DNA of 64,000 nucleotides from an uncultured Actinomycetota bacterium (GTDB lineage Bacteria > Actinomycetota > Actinomycetes > JAHEKZ01): the NCBI GenBank assembly GCA_963718235.1, contig CAVQYR010000001.1, positions 224,001 to 288,000 of the forward strand, in the 5' to 3' direction. Made by a program: the position numbers and the translations under genes. The notes under the pieces were generated by a model. That model saw only the letters and a program-made list of their open reading frames with translations. It was not told the DNA's origin and did no database searches. Positions within the stretch are counted from its first letter, which is position 1. Every line of letters begins with the position of its first letter. Shown piece after piece: positions 19,729-29,162 of this stretch.

Positions 19729-21356
19729 GCGACATCCCCCTGTTGCGCTCGAGCTCGGTCATGGCGGCCGGCACGATCGCCTCGAGGTTCACCGGCCTGT
19801 TCAAGAACGTCGCGCTCATCGCCGCCATCGGTACCGGGGTGTTCGCCGACACCTACTCCGTGGCGAACATGCTGCCGACCGTCGTCTACACCCTGTTCAT
19901 CGGCGGGGCGATCAACGCAGTGTTCGTTCCCCAGCTGGTGCGCCAGATGAAGGACGACGAGGACGACGGTGACGCCTACGCCCACCGTCTGGTGACGGCG
20001 GTCGGGCTGGGCCTGCTGGTGTTGAGTGTGGTGGCGGTGCTCCTGGCGCCGCTCATCGTGCGGCTGTACTCGTCCGGCTGGAACGACCGACAGATCGAGG
20101 TCTCCACCGCGTTCGCCCGGCTCATGCTGCCGCAGATCTTCTTCTACGGGATGTTCACCGTTTGGTCCCAGGTGCTCAACGCCCGGGGCCGGTTCGGGGT
20201 CCCGATGTTCGCCCCCATCGTCAACAACCTGGTCGTGATCGCGTCCGCGCTGGCGTTCCTGTGGGTGGCCGGCGTCGGGGTCACCACCCGCACGGTCACC
20301 GAGGGCGAGATCGCCCTCCTCGGTCTCGGGACCACAGCCGGGACGGTGCTCCAGGCCCTCGTCCTGGTTCCGGTGCTGCGCAGGACGGGCTTCGCCTTCC
20401 GGCCCCGCTTCGACCTGCGCGGGCACGGTCTCGGCAAGGCCTGGTCCCTGGCCCGGTGGACGATCGCCCTGGTGCTCATCAACCAGGTCGGCACCCTTCT
20501 GGTCGTCCGGCTGGCCACCCGGGCCAACGTCGACGACGTCACGGTCCAGGCCGGGGCCGCCGTCTACAGCAACGCCTTCACCGTGTTCATGCTGCCGCAG
20601 TCGGTGATCACCGTCTCGATCGTCACGGCCCTGCTCCCGCAGCTGTCCCGGTGGGCCCACGCGGGGCAGTGGGACGTCGTCCGGGAACGGATCGCCTGGG
20701 CGCTGCGCACGACGTCGGCCCTGCTCGTGCCGTGCGCGGCCGTCCTCGTGGTCTTCGGTGCCCCCATCGGCGTGCTGCTGTTCGGGTACGGGTCGGCCGG
20801 CTTCGAGGGCGCACAGCAGCTCGGCCTGACCGTCGCCGCCTACGCGGTGGGCCTGCCCGCCTTCAGCGCGTACTACACGCTTCTGCGCGGCTACTACGCC
20901 CTGGAGGACACCCGCACCCCCACCTTCAACGCCCTCCTGCTCAACGGGGTCAACGTGGCCCTCGCGTACGCGATGTTCCCGTTCGTCTCCGCGTACTGGC
21001 GGATCCCCGCCCTCGGCCTGGCGTACGGCCTGTCGTACTGGATCGCCCTCGTCCCTCTGTGGTGGCGGCTGCGCCGCAGGCTCGACGGGCTGGAGACCCC
21101 CCTGGTCGTGCGCACCTTCGTCCGGGTCACGATCGCCACCTCCCTGGCCACGGCCGTCGCCGTCATCGGCTACCGGCTGGCTGCGGTTGCCCTGGACCGT
21201 CCGGAGCAGGGCTGGGCGATCGCGGTCGCGCTCGTCGCCGGCCTGGTTCCCGGCGGCCTGCTCTACCTGGGCCTGAGCAGGGTCTTCCGGATCACCGAGC
21301 TGTCCCGAGTGGTCGACCTGGTGCTGCGCCGCGGGTCGCCGTCCCGAACGGAGTAG
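19725..21356 (+). CDS. murJ: Lipid II flippase MurJ (MviN)
   Basis: RSSSVMAAGTIASRFTG, ANMLP, FVPQLVR, LPQIFFYG, YALEDTRTP. Confidence 0.95.
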   Translation: MSDIPLLRSSSVMAAGTIASRFTGLFKNVALIAAIGTGVFADTYSVANMLPTVVYTLFIGGAINAVFVPQLVRQMKDDEDDGDAYAHRLVTAVGLGLLVLSVVAVLLAPLIVRLYSSGWNDRQIEVSTAFARLMLPQIFFYGMFTVWSQVLNARGRFGVPMFAPIVNNLVVIASALAFLWVAGVGVTTRTVTEGEIALLGLGTTAGTVLQALVLVPVLRRTGFAFRPRFDLRGHGLGKAWSLARWTIALVLINQVGTLLVVRLATRANVDDVTVQAGAAVYSNAFTVFMLPQSVITVSIVTALLPQLSRWAHAGQWDVVRERIAWALRTTSALLVPCAAVLVVFGAPIGVLLFGYGSAGFEGAQQLGLTVAAYAVGLPAFSAYYTLLRGYYALEDTRTPTFNALLLNGVNVALAYAMFPFVSAYWRIPALGLAYGLSYWIALVPLWWRLRRRLDGLETPLVVRTFVRVTIATSLATAVAVIGYRLAAVALDRPEQGWAIAVALVAGLVPGGLLYLGLSRVFRITELSRVVDLVLRRGSPSRTE

Positions 21357-21406
21357 TTCTTCCTCCACCTGCTCAAGCCGCCCCGCGACCAGGCCGACAA
21401 GCCACC

Positions 21407-21841
21407 ATGGACGCGGTACGCACTCGCCGGAGCGCGCCCCCTGGCCGTGACGCCGGCAGCATCGTCCTGGGCTGGCTGACCAAGCTGACTCTCACCTTGG
21501 CCGTCGTCGGCCTGGTGGGCTTCGAGGTGCTGTCGATCGTCGTCACCCACGTGACCCTGCGTGACGTGGGCACGACGGCCGCCGACGCCGCCCTTACCGA
21601 CTTCCGCGAGCGCCACGACGGGCAGACCTCCTACGAGGCGGCCGCCGCCTACGCGGAGTCGCAGGGGGCGACGATCCCGAAGAGGAGCTTCATCCTCAAC
21701 GCCGACGGGTCGGTCTCCTTCGAGCTGCGCAAGACCGCGACCACCATCGTCTTGTACCGGATCGGTCCCCTCGCCCACTACGCCGACGTCGTGGTCCCGA
21801 TCGACCAGGAGTCGATCGAGTCCACCGGGTCGCTCCCATGA
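21407..21841 (+). CDS. Hypothetical single-TM protein with Flp/TadE-like N-terminus
   Basis: RDAG-SIVLGWLTKLTLTLAVVGLVGFE hydrophobic helix; coding-like GC3 pattern. Confidence 0.6.
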   Translation: MDAVRTRRSAPPGRDAGSIVLGWLTKLTLTLAVVGLVGFEVLSIVVTHVTLRDVGTTAADAALTDFRERHDGQTSYEAAAAYAESQGATIPKRSFILNADGSVSFELRKTATTIVLYRIGPLAHYADVVVPIDQESIESTGSLP

Positions 21842-21870
21842 CGCGTCCACCCCATCGCCGCGAGAGCTGA

Positions 21871-23031
21871 ATGAGTCACCGGATCCCCCGCCTGTCGGCG
21901 ACCCTCGGCGTCACCATGGTCGCGGTGTCGACCGTGGTCCTGCTCGCCGGGCTCTCCACGGTTCCGCCCGCCGTCGCCGCGCCCGGAGGCTCCGCTGCCC
22001 CGCAGGCCGTGCGGCTCGACCCGCTCGACCCCGCCTCGTTGACGGCCGCTCGGCGCGAGGCCGACCGACTCCGGGCCACCATGGACCTCATCGATGCCCA
22101 GCAGGACGCGGCCGAGGAGCGGCTCGCCTACGTCCGTGACCTGCTCGCCGCCGCGTCGACCCGTGCCATCACCACCGAGCAGGAGCTCGCGCAGCTGACC
22201 GAGCAGACCACATCGATCGGTGACAACGCCACCGAGCGGGTCCGCGCGCTGTACATGTCCGGGGGGGCGCCGGCGCTGTACTCGACCCTCCTCGACGGGG
22301 ACGACATCTCCGACGTGCTGAGCCGGGTGACCACGGTCCAAGACGTGCTCCGGGGGGACGACACGGCGCTCGACGACTCCCGGGCCGAGCTCTCGGCGGT
22401 CACCGAGCTGCGGGCCCAGCAAGCCCTCGTCGCCCGGCAGCGCGCCCAGCTGAGCGGCGAGGCCACGGCACTGGTCCGTCGCCTGGCCTCCCTGCACCGC
22501 TCGGCGACCCGGGCCCTGGACCGCGCCGACGCGCGGGTCGAGCGGCTCGCCGAGATCCTGCGCAAGCAGCGCCGGGCAGCAGCGGAGGCGGCCGCGGCGC
22601 GGGCCCTGGAGGCCTACGGCGCGACCCCCTCCTCGAACCGCCCCGCCTCGGGCACCCCCTACGGCGACACGGCAGTCGCCGCTGCCCTGTCCAAGCTCGG
22701 CTCCCCGTACGTCTGGGGCGCCGAGGGCCCAGACACCTTCGACTGCAGCGGCCTCGTGCAGTGGGCCTACGCCCAGGCGGGTCTGTCCCTGCCTCGGCTG
22801 GCCAGCGACCAGTACTTCGCCAGCCGACCGGTGGACGTCTCGCAGATGCTCCCCGGTGACGTTCTCGTGTACGCGTACCAGCCCGGAGTCGAGTCCACGA
22901 TCCACCACATCACCATGTACATCGGGAACGGGCAGATGGTGCACGCGCCGCACACCGGCGACGTCGTACGGGTGGTGCCGGTGTACTTCGACGGGCTCTA
23001 CGGAGTGGCGCGTCCTGGCCTCGCACCGTGA
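21871..23031 (+). CDS. Secreted NlpC/P60 peptidoglycan endopeptidase with coiled coil
   Basis: Signal peptide, coiled coil, PYVWGAEGPDTFDCSGL, HITMYIGNGQMVHAP. Confidence 0.93.
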   Translation: MSHRIPRLSATLGVTMVAVSTVVLLAGLSTVPPAVAAPGGSAAPQAVRLDPLDPASLTAARREADRLRATMDLIDAQQDAAEERLAYVRDLLAAASTRAITTEQELAQLTEQTTSIGDNATERVRALYMSGGAPALYSTLLDGDDISDVLSRVTTVQDVLRGDDTALDDSRAELSAVTELRAQQALVARQRAQLSGEATALVRRLASLHRSATRALDRADARVERLAEILRKQRRAAAEAAAARALEAYGATPSSNRPASGTPYGDTAVAAALSKLGSPYVWGAEGPDTFDCSGLVQWAYAQAGLSLPRLASDQYFASRPVDVSQMLPGDVLVYAYQPGVESTIHHITMYIGNGQMVHAPHTGDVVRVVPVYFDGLYGVARPGLAP

Positions 23032-23083
23032 TCGCTGCCCGGTGACCGAAGCCACGGTCGCCGACCGCCTAGGCTCGCTGACC

Positions 23084-24475
23084 GTGGAACGCCTCGCCGA
23101 GCGCTACGACCTGCTGACGCCGGTCGCGGTCGGTCAAGGGCGCGTGCTGTGGCAGGCCCACGACCAGGTACTCGACCGAGGCGTCGGGGTGCTGCTCCTC
23201 GAGCGCGGCGATCCCCGCGCCGAGCGGGTACGCGCAGCAGCCCAGGCAGCCGCGGCAGTCGAGCACCCGCACCTGCAGCAAGTCGTCGACGTCGACGACG
23301 ACGACGGTCGGGTGTTCGTCGTCACCCGGTGGTCGGCCGCCCACACCCTGGCCGACGTCATCGTGGGCCGCACGATGCGCGCCGACGACGCGGCGGAGCT
23401 GGTCGCCCAGATCGCCGACGCGCTCGCCGCCAGCGACGCCGTGGGCCTGCACCACTGCGTACTCGACCCGCGCGACGTCCTCGTCGCCGAGAGCGGCGCG
23501 GTCGTCACCGGGCTCGGTGTGCGCGCGGCCATCAGCGAGACCGACGACGGCGGTGCCACCCTCGACGTCCGTCGTCTGGGGGCGCTGCTCTACGCCACGC
23601 TGACCGGCCGGTGGCCCGACGGCGACTGCGCCGGCCTGCCCGCCGCCCCCACCGTCGACGGGGCCCCCGCCCGACCCCGGCAGGTTCGGGCCGGCGTTCC
23701 CGCCGTGCTCGACGACATCACGTGGCGTGCGCTGGGGTTCCCAGGTGACGGCCCGGCCCTGGAGTCCCCGGCCGACGTCGCGAAGGCCCTGGATGCCGCC
23801 GTCGAGGACCGCTCGACGGCCCGGGAGCCTCACGAGGACGACGACCGTCCGGGTCGACCGTCGACCGCGGTCGTGGTCGGCCTGCTCGCCGTCGTGGCGA
23901 TCCTGGCGACGGGCGTGGTCTTGCTCGGGCTTCAGGTGTGGGCCGACCGGACCGCCGAGCCACCGAGCCCGGCAGCCAGCTCGGTCGAACCCACGCCCAC
24001 GCGGACCTCGGCGTCCCCGACGCCCGGAACACCGGTCTCGGTGCCGATCGGCTCGGTCTCCGTGTTCGACCCGCAGGGGGACGAGACCGAGAACGACGAC
24101 CTGGCTCCCGCCGCCGTGGACGACGACCTGACCACCGCCTGGACGACGGTCACCTACACGACCCGAGACCTCGGGGGGCTGAAGCAGGGGGTCGGGCTCG
24201 TGCTGGAGCTGAAGCGGCGCACCCCGGTCGCCGGGGTGGACCTCGAGCTGCTCGGCCGCGGCACCGACCTGCAGGTCCTCACGACCCGAGGCGACCCGTT
24301 CGACCTCGACGGCTACCGGCTGGCGTCCGAGGTCGCCGGGGCCGGCGACCGGCTCACCCTGCGCTTCGCCCCGGCCGTGCCTGCCGACGCCGTCCTGATC
24401 TGGCTGACCGGCCTCCCGGCGGCCGGCAACGGCTACCAGGGCGGAATCGCCGACGTCGTGGTGCGGGGCTCATGA
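23084..24475 (+). CDS. Ser/Thr kinase-like pseudokinase with TM and extracellular beta domain (MviN C-terminal homolog)
   Basis: WQAHDQVLDR, ATLTGRWP, RPRQVRAGVP; HRD and DFG degenerate; FDPQGD and LKQGVGL extracellular motifs; start 23084 or 23042. Confidence 0.82.
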   Translation: MERLAERYDLLTPVAVGQGRVLWQAHDQVLDRGVGVLLLERGDPRAERVRAAAQAAAAVEHPHLQQVVDVDDDDGRVFVVTRWSAAHTLADVIVGRTMRADDAAELVAQIADALAASDAVGLHHCVLDPRDVLVAESGAVVTGLGVRAAISETDDGGATLDVRRLGALLYATLTGRWPDGDCAGLPAAPTVDGAPARPRQVRAGVPAVLDDITWRALGFPGDGPALESPADVAKALDAAVEDRSTAREPHEDDDRPGRPSTAVVVGLLAVVAILATGVVLLGLQVWADRTAEPPSPAASSVEPTPTRTSASPTPGTPVSVPIGSVSVFDPQGDETENDDLAPAAVDDDLTTAWTTVTYTTRDLGGLKQGVGLVLELKRRTPVAGVDLELLGRGTDLQVLTTRGDPFDLDGYRLASEVAGAGDRLTLRFAPAVPADAVLIWLTGLPAAGNGYQGGIADVVVRGS

Positions 24476-24500
24476 CCGGCTGCCCCTACGCTGGCCGACC

Positions 24501-25136
24501 GTGAGCGCCGACGAGAACCCCGAGGGGGGCCCCAGCGACGTCGAGCTGCTGGCTGCCCACGTGAGCGGGGACCGCGACGCGTTCGCCACGCTGGTCACCC
24601 GGCACCGCGACCGGCTGTGGGCGGTCGCCCTGCGCACCGTCGGCAACCCCGACGACGCCGCCGACGCCCTCCAGGACGCCCTGCTGTCGGCCCACCGTGC
24701 GTCGGCCGGCTTCCGTGGCGACTCCGCGGTGACCACCTGGCTGCACCGGATCGTGGTCAACGCCTGCCTGGACCTCCTGCGCCGGCGCAAGGCCCGGCCC
24801 ACCGTCCCCCTCCCCGAGCACGACTCGGCGCTCCCGGTCGACCCCACCGACCCGCTCGGGCGTCGCGAGTGGGCCCTGGAGATCGAGCGGGCCCTGCAGA
24901 CCCTGCCCCCCGACCAGCGGGCGGCGCTGGTGCTCGTCGACGTCGAGGGCTACTCGGTCGAGGATGCCGCGGCCATCCTCGAGTGCCCGACCGGCACCAT
25001 CAAGAGCCGGTGCGCCCGGGCCAGGGCCAAGCTGGTGCCCCTGCTGGCCCCGGTACGGAACCCCGACGCCTCACCCGACGTCCGATCCATCGACAGTCCG
25101 CAGCCGCCCCGAGACCAGCCAGGAGGTACGCCGTGA
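24501..25136 (+). CDS. sigM: ECF sigma factor SigM
   Basis: RHRDRLWAVALR, VTTWLHRIVVNACLD, GTIKSRCARAR; synteny with trxB. Confidence 0.92.
   Translation: MSADENPEGGPSDVELLAAHVSGDRDAFATLVTRHRDRLWAVALRTVGNPDDAADALQDALLSAHRASAGFRGDSAVTTWLHRIVVNACLDLLRRRKARPTVPLPEHDSALPVDPTDPLGRREWALEIERALQTLPPDQRAALVLVDVEGYSVEDAAAILECPTGTIKSRCARARAKLVPLLAPVRNPDASPDVRSIDSPQPPRDQPGGTP
25057..25083 (+). promoter_or_regulatory. Putative ECF (SigM-type) promoter inside sigM 3' end
   Basis: GGAAC-N17-CGTCC, 50 nt upstream of the anti-sigma start. Confidence 0.5.
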
Positions 25137-26104
25137 CGAGCCCCGACGACGGTTCTCCTGACCGTCCGCTCGGCCTGCCCGACGACGGTTCTCCTGACCG
25201 TCCGCTCGGCCTGCCCGACGACGTGACCCCCCAACAGGTGGACCAGGTCACCGCCCTGCTCCGCGACCTGCCCCCGGTGGCGATGCCCGACGACGTCGCC
25301 GCCCGGCTGGACGCTGCGCTGCGCGCGGCTCCGCCCCCTCGGTCGACGCCCTCGACCACCACCACCGGTCAGACGTCGGAGTCGGTGACCTCCCTGGCCG
25401 AGGCTCGTGAGCGGTCCAACCGGCGGCTGGCCCGCAGCGGCCGGGCGCTCGGCGTGGCCGCAGGAGTCGCGGCGGTGCTCGTCGTGAGCGGCGTCGTGAT
25501 GTCGAGCCTCTCCGGAAGCCCCGCCGGCGACGGCGTCAGCCCGTTGGCGGGTGCCGAGGCCGACGCGTCGCAGGAGACCACGCTGCCTCCGATCCAGCTC
25601 GTCAGCAGCGGCACCAAGTACTCCACCTCTGCACTGCCGAACCAGGTGGACACGATGCTGTCCGAGGCTGAGGACCGCGCGCTCAGCACGTCGTCGGCCA
25701 GTGCGTCCAACGCCTTGCTGTTCGCCCGGATCAACCGGGAGTCCACGCTTCGTGCCTGCGTCGAGGGGCTCGACCCGGGCGAGACGGTCACGCCGCTGGC
25801 CGTCGACCTGGCCACGTTCACCGACCCGACGACCAAGAAGAGCCCCGTGCGAGACGCGCTCGTGGTGGTCCTGCCCAGCCCGACCGACCCTTCGGAGGTG
25901 AACGTCTTCGTCGTCGCTCCGGACTGCTCGGGCCCTGACCTGTCCCTGTGGTACTTCCGGGTCATCGACGCTGCCGACCTGTCGGCCTTCGACGACGGAC
26001 GCTTCTCCCCGGTCGCGCCCGAGGCCACCGGCGCGTCCTCCTCGGCCTCACCCTCGGTCGCGTCGTCGGCCGAGCCTGTGCCGACCCCATCAGCGACCCC
26101 CTGA
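25133..26104 (+). CDS. Putative anti-sigma-M factor (RsmA-like)
   Basis: [13 protein letters not shown], single TM, SGTKYS, two extracytoplasmic Cys; GTGA overlap with sigM and AGGAGG RBS. Confidence 0.75.
   Translation: MTSPDDGSPDRPLGLPDDGSPDRPLGLPDDVTPQQVDQVTALLRDLPPVAMPDDVAARLDAALRAAPPPRSTPSTTTTGQTSESVTSLAEARERSNRRLARSGRALGVAAGVAAVLVVSGVVMSSLSGSPAGDGVSPLAGAEADASQETTLPPIQLVSSGTKYSTSALPNQVDTMLSEAEDRALSTSSASASNALLFARINRESTLRACVEGLDPGETVTPLAVDLATFTDPTTKKSPVRDALVVVLPSPTDPSEVNVFVVAPDCSGPDLSLWYFRVIDAADLSAFDDGRFSPVAPEATGASSSASPSVASSAEPVPTPSATP
25142..25223. repeat. Perfect 36-bp tandem duplication ([12 protein letters not shown] x2)
   Basis: CCCGACGACGGTTCTCCTGACCGTCCGCTCGGCCTG x2 plus partial third copy. 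Confidence 0.92.
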
Positions 26105-26153
26105 CCGGCGGCCGCCGCCCGGACCGCGCGTGGGGCCGACCTGGCTCGGCGGC

Positions 26154-26179
26154 GGAATGGCTGCGCCCTACCATCGGTT
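26154..26179 (+). promoter_or_regulatory. SigR/SigH-type promoter of trxBA
   Basis: GGAAT-N18-GTT exact match upstream of trxB. Confidence 0.75.
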
Positions 26180-26267
26180 ATGCGCACGGACGAACGACGA
26201 CCACCCCGCCCCGCCGGGAGGTCGACCCCGGGCGCCCGCAGCACCGAACGCACCCAGAGGAGAACCC

Positions 26268-27248
26268 GTGTCCGACGTCCGTGACGTGATCATCATCGGC
26301 TCCGGCCCTGCGGGGTACACGGCCGCGGTCTACACGGCTCGGGCCAACCTCGCACCGCTGGTCTTCGAGGGTGCGGTCACCGCCGGTGGCGCGCTGATGA
26401 CCACGACCGAGGTCGAGAACTTCCCCGGGTTCGCCGAGGGGATCATGGGCCCTGAGCTCATGGACCAGATGCGCGAGCAGGCCAAGCGGTTCGGCGCCGA
26501 GCTCGTCACCGACGACATCGTGTCGGTCGACCTCACCGGCCACCTGAAGGTGGTGCGCGACGGAGCCGGCAACGAGCACCGCGCCCGTTCGGTGATCCTC
26601 GCCATGGGCTCGGCCTACCGGGAGCTCGGCCTGCCCAACGAGAAGCGCCTCTCCGGCCGCGGCGTCTCGTGGTGTGCCACCTGTGACGGGTTCTTCTTCC
26701 GCGACCAGGACATCGCCGTGATCGGTGGGGGTGACTCCGCCGTCGAGGAAGCCACCTTCCTGACCAAGTTCGCGTCGTCGGTGACCATGGTCCACCGTCG
26801 TGACTCGCTGCGGGCGAGCAAGATCATGCAGCAGAGGGCCTTCGACAACCCCAAGATCTCCTTCGCCTGGGACTCCGAGGTCGTCGACGTGCTGGGCGAC
26901 CAGAAGGTCAGCGGGGTCCGGCTGCGCAACACGGTCACCGGCGCCGAGTCCGAGCTCCCGGTGACCGGCCTGTTCGTTGCCATCGGTCACGACCCGCGCA
27001 GTGATCTCGTCTTCGACCAGGTGCGCCGCGACAGCGAGGGCTACGTGCTCGTCGACGCCCCCAGCACCCGCACCGACCTGCCTGGCGTCTTCGCCTGCGG
27101 AGACCTGGTCGACCACACCTACCGCCAGGCGATCACCGCAGCGGGCACGGGCTGTGCCGCCGCACTGGACGCCGAGCGCTACCTGGCCGCACTGGCCGAC
27201 GGTGGCGCGCCAGCGGCCGCCGAGGCCTCTGGTCTCGTCTCCGCCTGA
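26268..27248 (+). CDS. trxB: Thioredoxin reductase
   Basis: [33 protein letters not shown]; start reassigned to GTG 26268 behind GAGGAG. Confidence 0.97.
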   Translation: MSDVRDVIIIGSGPAGYTAAVYTARANLAPLVFEGAVTAGGALMTTTEVENFPGFAEGIMGPELMDQMREQAKRFGAELVTDDIVSVDLTGHLKVVRDGAGNEHRARSVILAMGSAYRELGLPNEKRLSGRGVSWCATCDGFFFRDQDIAVIGGGDSAVEEATFLTKFASSVTMVHRRDSLRASKIMQQRAFDNPKISFAWDSEVVDVLGDQKVSGVRLRNTVTGAESELPVTGLFVAIGHDPRSDLVFDQVRRDSEGYVLVDAPSTRTDLPGVFACGDLVDHTYRQAITAAGTGCAAALDAERYLAALADGGAPAAAEASGLVSA

Positions 27249-27281
27249 CCACCCAACCCACGCACACGACTGGAGCCGTTC

Positions 27282-27605
27282 ATGGGAGCCACCACCACCG
27301 TCACCGACGCCACCTTCGAAGCTGACGTCCTCGGTTCGGACAAGCCGGTGCTCGTCGACTTCTGGGCGGAGTGGTGCGGCCCCTGCCGCATGGTGGCCCC
27401 GATTCTCGAGGAGATCGCCGGTGAGCACGGCGAGACGCTCACCATCGCCAAGCTCAACGTCGACGAGAACCCGCGCACGGCGGCCAGCTACGGGATCACC
27501 TCGATCCCGACGATGGCCGTCTTCTCCGGCGGGGAGATGGTCAAGACCATCGTCGGCGCCAAGCCCAAGCAGGTGCTGCTGCAAGACCTCGCGACCTACC
27601 TGTAG
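27282..27605 (+). CDS. trxA: Thioredoxin
   Basis: [10 protein letters not shown]. Confidence 0.98.
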   Translation: MGATTTVTDATFEADVLGSDKPVLVDFWAEWCGPCRMVAPILEEIAGEHGETLTIAKLNVDENPRTAASYGITSIPTMAVFSGGEMVKTIVGAKPKQVLLQDLATYL

Positions 27606-27633
27606 GCCGCCCGGTCGGGCTCATTCGGGCGGC
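27606..27633 (+). terminator. Hairpin after trxA
   Basis: GCCGCCCG/CGGGCGGC stem immediately after stop; no U-tract. Confidence 0.45.
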
Positions 27634-27724
27634 GATCGGCACCGGTTCGGCGCTAGGGACCTCAGCGCACGGCGGGCTACGATGCCGGCACAGGCTGTGA
27701 CCCCACAGCTGTCCTGGAGGCCAG

Positions 27725-28930
27725 ATGCCCCAGTCCGACCCCTCGGCCGACGTGTTCGGCGGTGGGCTGCCCTACCGCCGCGGTGACCAGGGCCCCGCGG
27801 TGGCGCAGCTGCGCGCCCACCTGGCCCGGCTGGACCTCGTCAGCGCCGAGCCGGCGGGCGTCGACCCGGGGGCGGCCCATCCGATGGAGTCCCCGTTCGA
27901 CGCCGACGTCGAGTCGGCCGTGCTGGCCTTCCAGCAGCAGCGGGGCCTCGCCTGCGACGGCGTCGTCGGACCCCAGACCTGGCGCCTGCTCGACGACGCG
28001 CGCTGGCAGCTCGGCGACCGGGTCCTTCGGTACGCCCCCAGCCACCTGCTCTCCGGCGACGACGTGTCGGCCCTCCAGGGACGCCTCCTGGAGCTCGGTT
28101 TCGACCCGGGCCGGATCGACGCGCTGTTCGGGATCGAGACGGAGCAGGCGTTGCGGGACTTCCAGCGCAACGTGGGGATCCCGGTCGACGGCCTGTGCGG
28201 CCCGGTGACCTTCAAGGCCCTGGACCGGCTCGCCCGGACCGTCGTGGGCGGGGCTGCCCAGCAGCTGCGGGAAACCCAGCGCTGGGCCGGGTCAGGACCT
28301 GGTCTGGCCGGGAAGATCGTGGTCATCGACCCGGGTCACGGCGGCCGCGACCGCGGGGCGGTCGGGCACGGGCTCACCGAGGCCGACGTCGTGGCCGACC
28401 TGGCCGCCCGGATCGAGGGCCGGCTGGTCGCGGTGGGGGTCTCCGCCTATCTCACCCGGGGGCGGCTCGCACCCGACGCCGAGCCCCCGGACGAGTCGAC
28501 CCGGGCCGCGCTGGCCAACCGGCTCGACGCCGACCTGGTGGTCTCACTGCACACCGACGCCCACCCCAACACCGCCGCCCACGGGGTGGCGACGTTCTAC
28601 TACGGCGCCGGTCCGTCGGGTGCGGCCTCGGTCGTGGGCGAGCGCGTGGCCGACCTGGTCCAGGACGAGGTGGTGCGACGCACCGACCTGCTCGACGGGC
28701 ACACCCACGGCAAGACGTGGGACCTGCTGCGCCGCACCCGGATGCCCACCGTCCGGCTGGAGGTCGGCTACCTCAGCAACCCCGGCGACGCGGCCCGCCT
28801 GGCCGACCCGGCGTTCCGCGACGCCGTCGCCGAGGCGGTGCTCGTCGCCCTGCAGCAGCTCTACCTGCCGAAGGAGTCGCCCACCACCTCCGTGGTGCTC
28901 CCCCACCCGGCGCCGGCCACCGTGGCCTGA
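27725..28930 (+). CDS. cwlM: N-acetylmuramoyl-L-alanine amidase with two PG-binding domains (CwlM-like)
   Basis: AFQQQRGL..DGVVGPQT and FQRNVGI.VDG.CGP domains; IDPGHG, SLHTD, RLEVGYLSN. Confidence 0.9.
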   Translation: MPQSDPSADVFGGGLPYRRGDQGPAVAQLRAHLARLDLVSAEPAGVDPGAAHPMESPFDADVESAVLAFQQQRGLACDGVVGPQTWRLLDDARWQLGDRVLRYAPSHLLSGDDVSALQGRLLELGFDPGRIDALFGIETEQALRDFQRNVGIPVDGLCGPVTFKALDRLARTVVGGAAQQLRETQRWAGSGPGLAGKIVVIDPGHGGRDRGAVGHGLTEADVVADLAARIEGRLVAVGVSAYLTRGRLAPDAEPPDESTRAALANRLDADLVVSLHTDAHPNTAAHGVATFYYGAGPSGAASVVGERVADLVQDEVVRRTDLLDGHTHGKTWDLLRRTRMPTVRLEVGYLSNPGDAARLADPAFRDAVAEAVLVALQQLYLPKESPTTSVVLPHPAPATVA

Positions 28931-28966
28931 CGCCTCTGCACGCGCCCGGTCCGACGCCCGGCTCGA

Positions 28967-29014
28967 GGTCTGGCCCCAGGTCTGCCCCCGGGTCTGTCCC
29001 CAGAACTGCTCAGC
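28967..29014. repeat. 3-4 x imperfect 12-bp repeat containing DnaA-box-like CTGTCCCCA
   Basis: GGTCTGGCCCCA, GGTCTGCCCCCG, GGTCTGTCCCCA. Confidence 0.75.
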
Positions 29015-29162
29015 CAGGCGGCACCGCGGACGGCCCGGTCGCGGCGACCGGAGGCACGTAGCCGGTCACCGGCACCAACCGACGCCGCCGGACCAGCGAG
29101 GCCAGGAAGGCCACCAGCAGGCCGAGGCCGAACCCGACCAAGGCCCAGCGCAGTCCCTTCAT
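29010..29162 (-). CDS. Small single-TM hypothetical protein (50 aa) coupled to parB
   Basis: ATGA overlap with parB stop; [50 protein letters not shown]. Confidence 0.65.
   Translation of the reverse strand: MKGLRWALVGFGLGLLVAFLASLVRRRRLVPVTGYVPPVAATGPSAVPPG

Noticed and set aside
21838-21870. 10-codon mini-ORF in frame with NlpC/P60 (TGA-ATG junction), possible readthrough
   Set aside because: The signal peptide starts properly at 21871; no recoding signal seen; likely chance
24472-24504. 10-codon ORF bridging the pseudokinase stop and sigM start
   Set aside because: Too short to support; a leaderless promoter (TACGCT) explains the sigM start
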